Below are positions 9,005-18,818 of a DNA stretch of 64,000 bases, piece after piece (positions within the stretch are counted from its first letter, which is position 1; each line of letters starts with the position of its first letter). Made by a program: the position numbers and the translations under genes. Origin of the DNA: an uncultured Candidatus Saccharibacteria bacterium. Its GTDB lineage: Bacteria > Patescibacteriota > Minisyncoccia > Sungbacterales > HO2-52-23. The notes below the pieces were generated by a model. The model saw nothing but the letters and a program-made list of their open reading frames with translations, was not told the origin of the DNA and did not search any database. The stretch is taken from positions 7,983 through 71,982 of the forward strand of contig CAZPDF010000003.1 of assembly GCA_964585475.1 (NCBI GenBank), given 5' to 3'.

Positions 9005-9777
9005 TAATGCGCCGATCTTTGCCCAATTACTATTCTTCTAATAATCGCTCCGCAACGGGAGCACCTCTCTTCCGCCCTTTGATACGCCTTGCGGATTTTA
9101 TAATATCCGCCCTCGCTACCGTCCGGTTTCCTGTAATCCCTTGAGCTCGTGCCTTCTTTTCGGATGGCCAGATGCAGAACCTTTTTTGCTGCCGAATAAA
9201 GCACTCGACTTTCTTTTTCGGAAAGCGAATCGGCACTCCGGGTTGGTTTTATTCCAGCATACCACAAAATTTCATCCGAGTAGATGTTGCCGATGCCGGA
9301 AATTATTTTCTGATTGAGAAGCAGGCTTTTTACGGCGCCGCTCCGGAGGCGTATTAAACTTTCAAATTTTTCAAACTTGAGTGCTAGGGCATCCGGCCCA
9401 GCAAGCTTATGGGGCGCAGAAACTATCCGGCACCAGCCGAATTGCCGAATGTCATTGAATACTAGCCGCTGTCCGCCGGAGAGCTGAAAAATCAACCTAT
9501 CATGTGGGGCTTTTTTTACGGGATCTAAAAACAACCGCCCAGTCATCATAAGGTGCAGGGCAAAACATGCGCCGCCGGAAAGCTCGAAAATTATATTTTT
9601 CCCAAGACGCGATATGTTTTTGATTCTTCTTCCGGCAACAGATTTTACGAATTCTTGGGAATTTTTGTGGTACCTTAAAACGCGCCTGCCCCTTGTTTCA
9701 ACGCTCAAAATCCGCTTACCGCGGATTTTGGGACGGAGATAGCGAACTATCGTTTCTACTTCCGGAAGTTCTGGCAT
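8983..9777 (-). CDS. mutM: formamidopyrimidine-DNA glycosylase (Fpg/MutM)
   Basis: N-terminal MPELPEVE catalytic proline/glutamate pair and a C-terminal zinc finger CSRCG...CPRHQ. Confidence 0.85.
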   Translation of the reverse strand: MPELPEVETIVRYLRPKIRGKRILSVETRGRRVLRYHKNSQEFVKSVAGRRIKNISRLGKNIIFELSGGACFALHLMMTGRLFLDPVKKAPHDRLIFQLSGGQRLVFNDIRQFGWCRIVSAPHKLAGPDALALKFEKFESLIRLRSGAVKSLLLNQKIISGIGNIYSDEILWYAGIKPTRSADSLSEKESRVLYSAAKKVLHLAIRKEGTSSRDYRKPDGSEGGYYKIRKAYQRAEERCSRCGAIIRRIVIGQRSAHYCPRHQK

Positions 9778-9867
9778 ATGGAAAAGGTATCAAATCTTTT
9801 ATGAAAATACTACAGCCCCACACAAAAAGGTGGGGCTCGTTGGTCGCCTGCGTGCCTGTCCATAGTA

Positions 9868-10287
9868 CTAACGTTTGGATGGGCCAGCGCTCTCTCTGGC
9901 TTTAAGGATGTGTGCTTCGAGTTCTTGAATTTGGTTAGATAATTTCAACTGTTCGTCCGTGGGGAGCGTTGTCATCAATACATCGTTTTCGGAGAGTTTT
10001 GTAGCGCTCAGCCGCTCCAGCAACGTCCTCCTTTGCTCTATTAAATTTCTCACATCTGGGGGGGCTTCCGCATCAGCCGCAAAAAGTGCCTCTCGTGCTC
10101 CCTTCAGTTTTTCGATTGCTCTCCGGACCTCCTCGGCCTTATCGTATTTACCGGAAACAATTAAGAGTTCCTCCCTTTTTCTTAATTCCTTTAGTTGCTT
10201 CTCTATATCTTCAAAACGCAAGGCCGGTCCCGTGGTTTCTACGGTCCCTTCAACGGTCGGTTGCGGTTGTAAAAATTCCATGCCCAT
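9868..10287 (-). CDS. hypothetical coiled-coil protein with UVR-like motifs
   Basis: DIEKQLKELRKREELL...YDKAEEVRRAIEKLK resembles UvrB/UvrC UVR motifs. Confidence 0.35.
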   Translation of the reverse strand: MGMEFLQPQPTVEGTVETTGPALRFEDIEKQLKELRKREELLIVSGKYDKAEEVRRAIEKLKGAREALFAADAEAPPDVRNLIEQRRTLLERLSATKLSENDVLMTTLPTDEQLKLSNQIQELEAHILKARESAGPSKR

Positions 10288-10357
10288 AATAGATAATGCC
10301 TATTTTACTCTTCCCAAGAATACCACTTGCAGCACGGTCGTGCAACCCGACGCCGCA

Positions 10358-12979
10358 TTAAATCTTTCCCTGTTCTCCCCAGTTTGCCCCCGCTTTCACG
10401 TCCACGACGAGCGGGACTTTTAACTCGGCAGCGCTCTCCATAATTTTTTTAATCATTCGTACGCCTTCGACAGGCTCAGGCAATAACATTTTTTCATTGA
10501 CCTCAAACAAAAGCTCGTCATGGACTTGAAGAAGCAACCGGACATCGTTCTCTAATTTTTCTTTCTTAATCCACTCGTCAACTTTAATCATGGCGATTTT
10601 GATAATATCTCCGGTTGCCGAACCCTGCACAGGCATATTAACAGCCATGCGTTCCGCCTCCCGACGCAGTTGCCAGTTCGGGGAATGGATTTCGGGAATG
10701 TAGCGGCGCCGTCCAAAAATTGTTTCCACATATCCCCGCTCTTCAGCAAAGCGCTTGGTCCGCTCGATATAATCTCGGATTCCGGAAAAATCTTGAAAAT
10801 ATTCGTCAATGAATTTTTTGGCCTCCTCCCGCGACATGCCGGTTGACTCGGCAAGTGCTTGCGACCCCATTCCGTATAGAATCCCAAAATTAAGGGTCTT
10901 CGCGGCCCGGCGTTGCTCGGCCGTTACTTTTTCAAGCGGGATGTTATAGATCTCGGAGGCGGTCATTTTATGAATATCGAGTCCCTTTTTGAAGGCCTCG
11001 ATCATTTTTTTATCATCCGCCAAATGAGCCGCGACCCGAAGCTCAATCTGCGAATAATCGAACGACACTAGTTCGTATCCCTTCTCCGCCACAAAGGCCT
11101 TTCGAATCTCGCGCCCGACCTCGGACAGGACGGGTATATTCTGAAGATTGGGGTCGGAGGAAGAAAGCCGCCCCGTTACCGTGCCGGTCTGATTAAAAGT
11201 GGTGTGCACCCTTCCGGTTTTTGGATTTATAAGCTCGGGGAGCGCATCAACATAGGTAGTTTTTAACTTCATTAATTCGCGATAGCGAAGAATTTCTGCG
11301 ATAATCGGGTGCGTTTCGCGAAGTTTTTCTAGCTCGGATTCACGGGTGGAAATAACTCCTCCTTTTTCCGTTTTTCGAAGCCCTAGAGTTTTTATTTTGA
11401 GCCCTTCAAAAAGAATACGCGACAACTGCTGAGACGAATTGATATTGAATTCTTCTCCCGCAAGTTTGTAAATTTTTTTAGTGAGGTCCAAGAGTTCACT
11501 ATCTATCTTTTTTGCGAGCCGCCCCAAAAAATCCTTGTTGATAAGAATTCCGCGGTCCTCCATGTCGGCGAGAACCCTCGCCACCGGAAGCTCGATCCTC
11601 TCGAGCACCTCCCGAAGTTTTCCGGAAGAAAGTTTGGTTTCGTACGATTTCACGATTTCAAAAAAATGCGCGAATTCTTCCCGGACGTCGGGCGCGAGAA
11701 GCCGTCCGAGCTCTCGCACGGCGATCGCGGGGAACGAGAAATCGCGGAAAACCGTGCTCGTAAGATAGGCCGCGGTCATGAGGTCAAACCGTATTTTCCC
11801 GAGTTCGATTCCGTAGGCGCGAAGAAGGTGGATGATTGATTTTCCGTCATGCACGAAAAACTTCTCGCCCTCCAAGCCCTTTTTGACACGCGCCTCTCGG
11901 AAAAGCCGTGGATCAAGGATAAAGACCCTTTTTCCTTCCCGGGGAATCAAAAAAAGATCCCCGCCTTCAAAAATAAGAGCAGCGTCCTGCCACGCACTAT
12001 CGCCGAGGCGTTTTTCTATATTCTCCGGCACGAGCTTCTCGATTTTTGCTTCCCCGATCTCCGTAGACGAAATAAGGGCCGGCTGAATCATTACCTTCTC
12101 TTTTCCCCCCTCGAGGCGTTTTAATAAACTGAAAAAACCGTATTTTTGAAAAACTTCCCGGATTTTCTTCTCGTCCCCTCCGTCCTTCCAGCGAAGTTCG
12201 TCCAGGCGGAAGGTTACGGGAACGTTGGCACGAATAGTGACAAGTTCTTTTGAAAATTTGGCGTCCTTTTCCCCCTCTTTCAATTTGGCCGCGATTGATT
12301 CCGAAACCTTTTTGGTCCCTTTTTTCAGCGCCTTATACACACCCTCAACGGATCCGAATTCGCGGATAAGTCCCGCTGCCGTCTTCTCCCCTATACCCTT
12401 GACTCCGGCGATATTATCCGACGGGTCACCTTTCAGCCCCTTAAAATCCACCAGCTGCGCGGGCTTAAGGCCGTAGCGCTCGACTACTGCTTTCTCGTCA
12501 TAAATAACGGTCTCGGTGATGCCCTTTTTCATTGAATAAACCTTGAGCCGCGGGCGGACAAGCTGGAGCGCATCGAGATCTCCGGTGACCACAACGATTT
12601 CCGTGTCCTTTTGGCCGAACAATTTTTTAGCTATGGTTCCGATGATATCATCCGCCTCAAATCCCTCTTTTTCAAAAACCGGAATTCCGAATGCGTTCAG
12701 CACCTCCCGCACCTTGGCAAACTGGCTTGAGAGATCAGTTGGGGTCTCCGGCCTCTGCGCTTTATAGCGCTCGTAGGCGATATGGCGAAAGGTCGGCCCC
12801 GGCAAATCAAAAGCGGCCGCGATGTAGTCGGGTTTAAGTTCGCGCAAGACCCGCAAAAGCATCGTCGTAAATCCGTAAACTGCGTTCGTGGGTTCGCCGG
12901 AGGGCGAGGTCAGGGGCGGAAGAGCGTGATAGGCGCGGTGGATTATGGCGTGGGAGTCGATTAAAATTAAACGCTTCAT
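10358..12979 (-). CDS. polA: DNA polymerase I
   Basis: N-terminal 5'-3' exonuclease domain (LILIDSHAIIHRAYHAL) and a C-terminal family A polymerase domain (motifs A/B/C, e.g. LVSFDYSQIELRV, QVHDELLFE). Confidence 0.95.
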   Translation of the reverse strand: MKRLILIDSHAIIHRAYHALPPLTSPSGEPTNAVYGFTTMLLRVLRELKPDYIAAAFDLPGPTFRHIAYERYKAQRPETPTDLSSQFAKVREVLNAFGIPVFEKEGFEADDIIGTIAKKLFGQKDTEIVVVTGDLDALQLVRPRLKVYSMKKGITETVIYDEKAVVERYGLKPAQLVDFKGLKGDPSDNIAGVKGIGEKTAAGLIREFGSVEGVYKALKKGTKKVSESIAAKLKEGEKDAKFSKELVTIRANVPVTFRLDELRWKDGGDEKKIREVFQKYGFFSLLKRLEGGKEKVMIQPALISSTEIGEAKIEKLVPENIEKRLGDSAWQDAALIFEGGDLFLIPREGKRVFILDPRLFREARVKKGLEGEKFFVHDGKSIIHLLRAYGIELGKIRFDLMTAAYLTSTVFRDFSFPAIAVRELGRLLAPDVREEFAHFFEIVKSYETKLSSGKLREVLERIELPVARVLADMEDRGILINKDFLGRLAKKIDSELLDLTKKIYKLAGEEFNINSSQQLSRILFEGLKIKTLGLRKTEKGGVISTRESELEKLRETHPIIAEILRYRELMKLKTTYVDALPELINPKTGRVHTTFNQTGTVTGRLSSSDPNLQNIPVLSEVGREIRKAFVAEKGYELVSFDYSQIELRVAAHLADDKKMIEAFKKGLDIHKMTASEIYNIPLEKVTAEQRRAAKTLNFGILYGMGSQALAESTGMSREEAKKFIDEYFQDFSGIRDYIERTKRFAEERGYVETIFGRRRYIPEIHSPNWQLRREAERMAVNMPVQGSATGDIIKIAMIKVDEWIKKEKLENDVRLLLQVHDELLFEVNEKMLLPEPVEGVRMIKKIMESAAELKVPLVVDVKAGANWGEQGKI

Positions 12980-12984
12980 TTTTC

Positions 12985-13085
12985 AGACGAATAGCCGCGA
13001 ATCCTTGACGAATGAACGCGAATCGCGAATCCGCGCGGATCCTAAATAATCATTCGTGATTCGTGAAAATTCGTTGGTCATTCGT
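12985..13085. repeat. CACGAAT/ATTCGTG-rich palindromic intergenic element, copy 1
   Basis: Five CGAAT copies followed by five ATTCG(TG) copies around a central GGATCC. Confidence 0.5.
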
Positions 13086-13587
13086 GCAAATTCGTTTTAA
13101 GTATACGTTCGTGAAGATTCCTGCCGTGTTTAAATTTTATCCAGAGCGCAGATTTGGGTATCAATTTGCGAACATGGTTTGCCCACTCGATAGGAATTAT
13201 GGCATCCCGGTCTTTCAATAAGTTTTTGAGCCCGAGGTGTAGTAAATCTTTGGGAGAGTTGAGGCGGTAGCAATCAATGTGAATTAAGTGTCTTAACTTT
13301 GGGTTTTGGGCTTTGGGCCCCGCGCCAGAACCTATGGTTCGGTGCGGGGCATGCTTTGGACTTATTTGGTAAATCTTCATCAGTACAAACGTGGGGCTCA
13401 AGACATTTTCCTTTACTCCCAAGGCCCTGGCAAGTCCCTGAACAAAAGTCGTTTTTCCGGAACCCAAATTGCCTTCAAGGGCCAGTACCAAAGCCGACGA
13501 TCTCGGCTGCATTTTAAGAATCTTTTTGACTAATAAGGCCGCTGTTTTTTGGGTCTCGGTCGGGCTTTTCGTTTTAATTTCCAGCAT
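13078..13587 (-). CDS. tsaE: tRNA threonylcarbamoyladenosine biosynthesis protein TsaE
   Basis: LEGNLGSGKTTFVQGLARALGV P-loop and HIDCYRL motifs of YjeE/TsaE. Start assigned to the internal MLEIKTK. Confidence 0.8.
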   Translation of the reverse strand: MLEIKTKSPTETQKTAALLVKKILKMQPRSSALVLALEGNLGSGKTTFVQGLARALGVKENVLSPTFVLMKIYQISPKHAPHRTIGSGAGPKAQNPKLRHLIHIDCYRLNSPKDLLHLGLKNLLKDRDAIIPIEWANHVRKLIPKSALWIKFKHGRNLHERILKTNLHE

Positions 13588-13670
13588 AATATTCTCAGCG
13601 TAGCAATTTTTTCGGGAATTGAGAACGCCCGCTCCTTGAAGGAAACGGGCGTTTCTACTGCGGCGATCTG

Positions 13671-14153
13671 CTACCACCTGCCCTGCGCCATGCGCTGGCG
13701 GAAGTAGGCGTTGCCGTTCTGCCAGGATCCCTGGCAGGTCGACCAGAGCTCGGGGTCCGCGGAGTAACGGTCGCAGGCCTGAATCATGTGACCCGCATTG
13801 CCTGCGGCGTATCCGAACTGGTGAGCGTCGTTCCGCATGCTGGCCCGGATCGCACCGTAGTCATACACCGGCTGTGAGTACACAGGCGGGTAGTACACTG
13901 GCGCTGGCGGGTAGTACGCGGGTGTGACCGGGTAACAGCCGGGCATGAACTGGTTGCAGTGGGGGGTCATGGTGCCCCGGACAACGGTGTAGAGGGCGTC
14001 GGTGGCGATGTTGCCAGCCATATTCGCGAGCATGAGCTCGCCGAAACTGGGGCCCCTTCGCCCACCTGCCTCAGCCTGAGGCACCGGAAGAGCGATCGCC
14101 AGGACCGCGATAACCATGAGGATCGAAAGAGCGAGCATGCTGATCCTTCTCAT
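13671..14153 (-). CDS. secreted Pro/Tyr-rich small protein
   Basis: Signal peptide MRRISMLALSILMVIAVLAIALPVPQAEA. PAYYPPAPVYYPPVY tract. The DNA is locally GC-rich compared with its surroundings. Confidence 0.4.
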   Translation of the reverse strand: MRRISMLALSILMVIAVLAIALPVPQAEAGGRRGPSFGELMLANMAGNIATDALYTVVRGTMTPHCNQFMPGCYPVTPAYYPPAPVYYPPVYSQPVYDYGAIRASMRNDAHQFGYAAGNAGHMIQACDRYSADPELWSTCQGSWQNGNAYFRQRMAQGRW

Positions 14154-14304
14154 TGCTTGTCCCTCCTCAGGGTGGTGATTTCGGTCGGTTTAGGTCGATA
14201 GATACGCTATCATTAGGCCTTGATACCTTCATTCTATCAGAAATCGAATAAAAAGTCAAGTATCTTAACTTATCCACATATTTAAATTGACTGTGCCTAA
14301 ATAG

Positions 14305-14425
14305 CGCGCTACGAATGAGGCGAAGAACGCCCATCAATAAATACACGAATTTTACCGCGCACCAATATCACGAATAGAAATTCGTGCGGTTCGTGCGGAA
14401 ATTCGTGGACAAATTCGTGGCAATG
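14305..14425. repeat. CACGAAT/ATTCGTG-rich intergenic element, copy 2
   Basis: CACGAAT x3 followed by AATTCGTG x4. A TTATCCACA nonamer lies at 14271. Confidence 0.5.
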
Positions 14426-15541
14426 GACATCCAAAAAGCCGTCGAACTTCTCGAGCGAAGCGCGCACGTAGCAGTGATCCTGCCGCCGAATCCGGATTTT
14501 GATACTCTCGCCGCGGCAGAAACCCTGCTTCGGGTGCTGCTCGCGCAAAAAAAGAAGATCGGGCTTATGACCGTCCAGCCCAGAGATCAAACGATTGTGT
14601 CTCTCCCTATTTTAAAAACGCTTCGCGAGAATCCCCTGCTCCCGCGCGAATTTATCGTCTCCCTTGATACTTCACGCTCGCCGGTGGCCGAGATGCGTTA
14701 CGAAAAGAGCGAGAGGGGCATAGACGTTATTTTTTCGCCCCAATCGGAGGAGCTGACCAAAGACGCGGTCTCCTGCAAACCAGGCAAGATGCTATGCGAC
14801 GCCGCGCTTGTACTCGGAGTTCAAGACATAGAATCCCTCAACGGCTCGCTGGGGGTTGAACCGCAATTCTTCAGCGAGACCCCCCTTATAAATATTGACG
14901 TATCCGCCGCCAACCGAAAATATGCGGAAGTGAATCTGGTCGAAGAATCCTATCCGGCAATTTCTCAAATCGTTTATCATCTGGCCTCCGCGCTGGTTGA
15001 CGGCCCCCTGAAGGAAGAGGAGGCAACGCTGGTCTTGGCCGGAATTTTCGATAAAACCGAACAATTTCACTCCTCCAATATGCAGGCCGATACCCTGCTG
15101 GCCGCGTCCGAGCTCGTACGCCTGGGCGCGCGCTACAACGAGGCAACGACTTTGGCCATGGAGAAGGCGCCGTTAGAACTCTTCCAGCTTTGCGGCAGAG
15201 CAGCGGTTCGTTCGAAACTGGACGAAGAAAAAGGAATTCTCTGGTCATTCTTAACCGCCGAAGATTTTACTAAAACCGGGCGAGGGCTTCGTGACGCCTC
15301 GAGCGTAGTTCGGCATCTCGAACGGAACTTCCCGCCGCGGCGCCTGGTTGCCCTTCTTTCGCAGGATCCGGAGAAAAAAGGTGTCGGAGTCACGCTGGCA
15401 GGAGACGCCGAGCTCCTTCGCTCCATACAAGGAACGGAGGCGGGCGAATTTCAAAGCCCGCATCTTAAATTAACCGTCCGGTTCTCTTCGTTCCGCGAGG
15501 GGGAAGAGTTTATTACCTCACTCCTTACCCGCGTTCTTTAA
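14423..15541 (+). CDS. DHH-family phosphoesterase-like protein (NrnA-like, motifs degenerate)
   Basis: Overall DHH/DHHA1 architecture, but the DHH motif is degenerate. The upstream part of the ORF only translates the ATTCGTG repeat, so the start is placed at MDIQKAV. Confidence 0.45.
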   Translation: MDIQKAVELLERSAHVAVILPPNPDFDTLAAAETLLRVLLAQKKKIGLMTVQPRDQTIVSLPILKTLRENPLLPREFIVSLDTSRSPVAEMRYEKSERGIDVIFSPQSEELTKDAVSCKPGKMLCDAALVLGVQDIESLNGSLGVEPQFFSETPLINIDVSAANRKYAEVNLVEESYPAISQIVYHLASALVDGPLKEEEATLVLAGIFDKTEQFHSSNMQADTLLAASELVRLGARYNEATTLAMEKAPLELFQLCGRAAVRSKLDEEKGILWSFLTAEDFTKTGRGLRDASSVVRHLERNFPPRRLVALLSQDPEKKGVGVTLAGDAELLRSIQGTEAGEFQSPHLKLTVRFSSFREGEEFITSLLTRVL

Positions 15542-15638
15542 AAAGGATATAATACCATCAGGAATAACAGCACGGGTTAGCTGCGAATTACTAAAAATGG
15601 CATTCATGCCGTTCGCGCCGTATTCATGCTAAAACTTT

Positions 15639-17303
15639 GTGGTCAAGCCACAAGAGGAAAAAGCCGAGCGTAAAATTGAATTCCTGCGGAGGAAGGAAGA
15701 GGAAGAGAGCGTAAAGATGCTCGCCGCCAAATACAAAATTCCCTATCTTGATCTTGCGATCTATCCTGTGGAGACCGATGCGCTACGCATAGTGACGGAG
15801 GAGAAAGCGCGGATGGGAGAACTTGCCGTGTTCCAGGTGGCGGGAACAAATATTAAAATTGGCGTGAGAAACCCCTCCAAAGAAGAGACCGGGCCCGTTT
15901 TAAAGCGGCTGGAGGAGAATCGCTACCGGATCGAATTGTTTCTGGTATCCAGACACGGCCTGGAGCACGCCTGGAGTTTCTATCGGAAGGCAACGGAAAA
16001 AAAGACGGTCGAGACCGGAGTCATCCAGGTTTCCAATGAAAAAATAGCGAGTCTCGCCAGGGAAATCACCAACGTTACAGAAATAAAGGACCGCATAGCC
16101 AAGACCTTCTTCGGAAGAACCACGGAGGCCCTTGAAATTATACTCGCCGGGTCCCTCGCGGTCGACGCCTCGGACGTTCACGTTGAACCGCAAAAAACAG
16201 GAGTGCGGATCCGCTTCCGGCTTGACGGCGTCCTACAGGACGTTATCGATATCCCGCCCAAACTTTATTCGCTCCTGCTTTCTCGCATAAAACTCATCTC
16301 CGAACTAAAGCTAAACATCCACGATAAAGCCCAGGACGGGCGCTTTACCATAAAAACCGACTCAGCCGACATAGAAGTGCGCACCTCGGTTCTCCCGGGC
16401 CCTGATGGAGAAAATATCGTCCTGCGGATACTCAACCCGAAAACCATACAAGTTCCCTTTGAGAATCTGGGTATACAGCCCTGGGTAATCGAAACGATGG
16501 AGCAGGAGCTTAAAAAACCCAATGGCATGATTCTAACCACCGGCCCGACCGGTTCCGGAAAAACAACGACCCTTTATGCTTTTTTAAGAAAAATTCACTC
16601 TCCTGCCATAAAAATCATTACCCTCGAGGACCCGATCGAATACCACCTGCCGGGCGTCGAACAGACCCAGGTTGATCATGCGGCAGGATATGATTTTACA
16701 ACCGGTCTCCGCGCGATTTTACGCCAGGACCCCGATGTTATACTCGTCGGCGAGATAAGGGACATGGAAACAGCAGAAACCGCCATGCACGCAGCGCTTA
16801 CCGGCCACCTTGTGTTCTCGACTCTCCACACCAATAATGCCGCTGGAACCGTGCCGCGGCTTCTCGACCTTGGAGTAAAACCGGCTATTATCGCGCCCGC
16901 GATCAACGTATCCATGGCGCAGCGGCTTGTCCGCAAGCTCTGCCCAGCATGTCGCTTTCCGGCGAAGCCCCCCAAAGCCAAACTTAACGAAATAGATAGG
17001 GCTCTCGCCGGCCTTCCGAAAGGAGTTCCAAGGCCCGCGGCAAACGCCTGGACGATATACGCAGCCCAGGAGAACGGGTGTTCCGCCTGTAACAACACGG
17101 GTTACAAGGGCAGGATCGGCCTTTTTGAAATCATATTGGTGGACGAGTCCATAGAACATCTTATTTTGAAAGAACCTTCGGAATATGAAATACAAAAAGT
17201 GGCGCTGGGTCAGGGCCAGATCACCATGGCGCAAGACGGACTTCTCAAGCTTCTTGCCGGCACCACAGATTTTGCGGAACTAATAAGGGTTCTCGGCGTC
17301 TGA
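15639..17303 (+). CDS. type II/IV secretion system ATPase (GspE/PilB family)
   Basis: Walker A TGPTGSGKTTT and Walker B LVGEIRD. C-terminal tetracysteine CPAC...CSAC. The N1 domain has the GspE-N fold. Confidence 0.9.
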   Translation: MVKPQEEKAERKIEFLRRKEEEESVKMLAAKYKIPYLDLAIYPVETDALRIVTEEKARMGELAVFQVAGTNIKIGVRNPSKEETGPVLKRLEENRYRIELFLVSRHGLEHAWSFYRKATEKKTVETGVIQVSNEKIASLAREITNVTEIKDRIAKTFFGRTTEALEIILAGSLAVDASDVHVEPQKTGVRIRFRLDGVLQDVIDIPPKLYSLLLSRIKLISELKLNIHDKAQDGRFTIKTDSADIEVRTSVLPGPDGENIVLRILNPKTIQVPFENLGIQPWVIETMEQELKKPNGMILTTGPTGSGKTTTLYAFLRKIHSPAIKIITLEDPIEYHLPGVEQTQVDHAAGYDFTTGLRAILRQDPDVILVGEIRDMETAETAMHAALTGHLVFSTLHTNNAAGTVPRLLDLGVKPAIIAPAINVSMAQRLVRKLCPACRFPAKPPKAKLNEIDRALAGLPKGVPRPAANAWTIYAAQENGCSACNNTGYKGRIGLFEIILVDESIEHLILKEPSEYEIQKVALGQGQITMAQDGLLKLLAGTTDFAELIRVLGV

Positions 17304-17530
17304 ACTAGTAACTGGTTACTAGTTACTGCCTTCTGGGGCCGTGGGCAATTACTCCGGTTTGGGAACACGGAGGCTAGAATTTCTCCCAGGCACAGTTCAG
17401 TAACTGGTTACTAGTAAACTAGTGACCAACCAGACTGCCCTGGTTTAAAAATCCCCATTAAGGTCTGAGTCCTCACACCTTAATTGCCCACGGCCTCAGC
17501 AGACAACCGGTTACCAGTTACTGGCAACTA
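17303..17530. other. long nested inverted-repeat structure, candidate structured RNA or regulatory palindrome
   Basis: Outer heptamer palindromes (TAGTAACTGGTTACTAGTTACTG at 17305 against CCGGTTACCAGTTACTGG at 17505) and an inner 15-bp perfect inverted repeat (GGCCGTGGGCAATTA at 17337 / TAATTGCCCACGGCC at 17476) enclose about 125 nt. Confidence 0.4.
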
Positions 17531-17565
17531 AAAAGAGGGCGCTACCCCTCCTAGTACCTATACCC

Positions 17566-17697
17566 AGTAGTAGTCTTCGGCAGTAATGTTAGGCGGCCCC
17601 GAATTTATAAGTAGAACACGGGTAACTCTAATAAGTTCTCGCGGTGAACACGCCCCTATTCTAGCGGCAAAGCTGCAGCCGAAGAGTTACTCCCGGG
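17566..17697. repeat. MITE-like element with imperfect ~20-bp terminal inverted repeats, copy 1
   Basis: 5' end ...CCAGTAGTAGTCTTCGGCAG and 3' end CTGCAGCCGAAGAGTTACTCCCGGGC are reverse complements of each other. Both termini are shared with the 21514-21697 copy. The core is different. Confidence 0.5.
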
Positions 17698-17786
17698 CAT
17701 AGAAAATCTACAAAAACTATACTAAATTATCCGGGTTCGGCCGAGTCCTGTCAATATGCTACTTATTATAACAAAATAAAAATATT

Positions 17787-18806
17787 ATGTCAAATGCTCC
17801 CTTGGTGGCTCCGCACCGCGAGAAAGAAGATGTGGTGCTGGACCTTACCCTTCGCCCACAGCGTTGGGAAGAGTACATCGGACAGGAACGCCTTAAAAAG
17901 AATTTGCGAATTCATATTGACGCGGCCAAAAAAAGAGGAGAGCCGATAGAACACATCTTATTGTCGGGGCCGGCCGGCCTTGGCAAAACCAGCATGGCAC
18001 ATCTTATTGCCCGCGAAATGAATACCAATATCCGTGTAACCTCCGGCCCGGCAATTGAGCGCGTGGGGGACCTCGCCTCCATTCTCACCAACCTCCTCCC
18101 CGGAGACATTCTTTTTGTGGATGAGGCGCATCGCTTAAATAAAATGGTGGAGGAGGTACTCTACCCAGCCATGGAATCGCGCACGCTTGATATCGTAATA
18201 GGTAAAGGGCCGTCGGCGCGCACCATACAGATCGAATTACCTCCTTTTACCCTTATGGCGGCGACCACCCGCATCGGGTTACTTTCCAGCCCCCTTCGCT
18301 CCCGCTTCGGCGGGTCTTTCCGTCTGGATTTTTATACCCGGGGCGAAATCGAGAAAATTATCGCGCGCTCCGCCAATATACTCCGGGTAGAAATAGAAGC
18401 TTCGGCCATCGGGGGCCTCGCGCGTGCAGCCAGATTCACCCCCCGCGTAGCCAACCGACTCTTGAAGCGCGCGCGTGACTATGCCGAGGTTCACGGGAGC
18501 GGAGCCATTACCGAGGAAATAGCGGGGCGTGCGCTTGCTCTTCTTGAAATTGACGCCTCGGGCCTCGAGTCTATGGACCGCAGGATTCTCGCGGTCATAA
18601 TCGATAAATTCGGGGGTGGGCCGGTAGGGCTTGCGGCCCTGGCCGCGGCGTCCGCCGAGGAGGAAGAGACGATTGAAGAAGTGTATGAACCCTATCTCAT
18701 GCAGCTTGGTTTCATCGAACGGACCCCAAGAGGAAGAACAGTCACGGAGCTCGCGTATGAGCACCTGGGGCGCGCGGTCAAAAAACAAAAGCCCCTGTTG
18801 GCATAA
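17787..18806 (+). CDS. ruvB: Holliday junction DNA helicase RuvB
   Basis: AAA+ Walker [14 protein letters not shown] and Walker [12 protein letters not shown]-terminal winged helix. Confidence 0.95.
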   Translation: MSNAPLVAPHREKEDVVLDLTLRPQRWEEYIGQERLKKNLRIHIDAAKKRGEPIEHILLSGPAGLGKTSMAHLIAREMNTNIRVTSGPAIERVGDLASILTNLLPGDILFVDEAHRLNKMVEEVLYPAMESRTLDIVIGKGPSARTIQIELPPFTLMAATTRIGLLSSPLRSRFGGSFRLDFYTRGEIEKIIARSANILRVEIEASAIGGLARAARFTPRVANRLLKRARDYAEVHGSGAITEEIAGRALALLEIDASGLESMDRRILAVIIDKFGGGPVGLAALAAASAEEEETIEEVYEPYLMQLGFIERTPRGRTVTELAYEHLGRAVKKQKPLLA

Positions 18807-18818
18807 CCCTTTTTAGAC

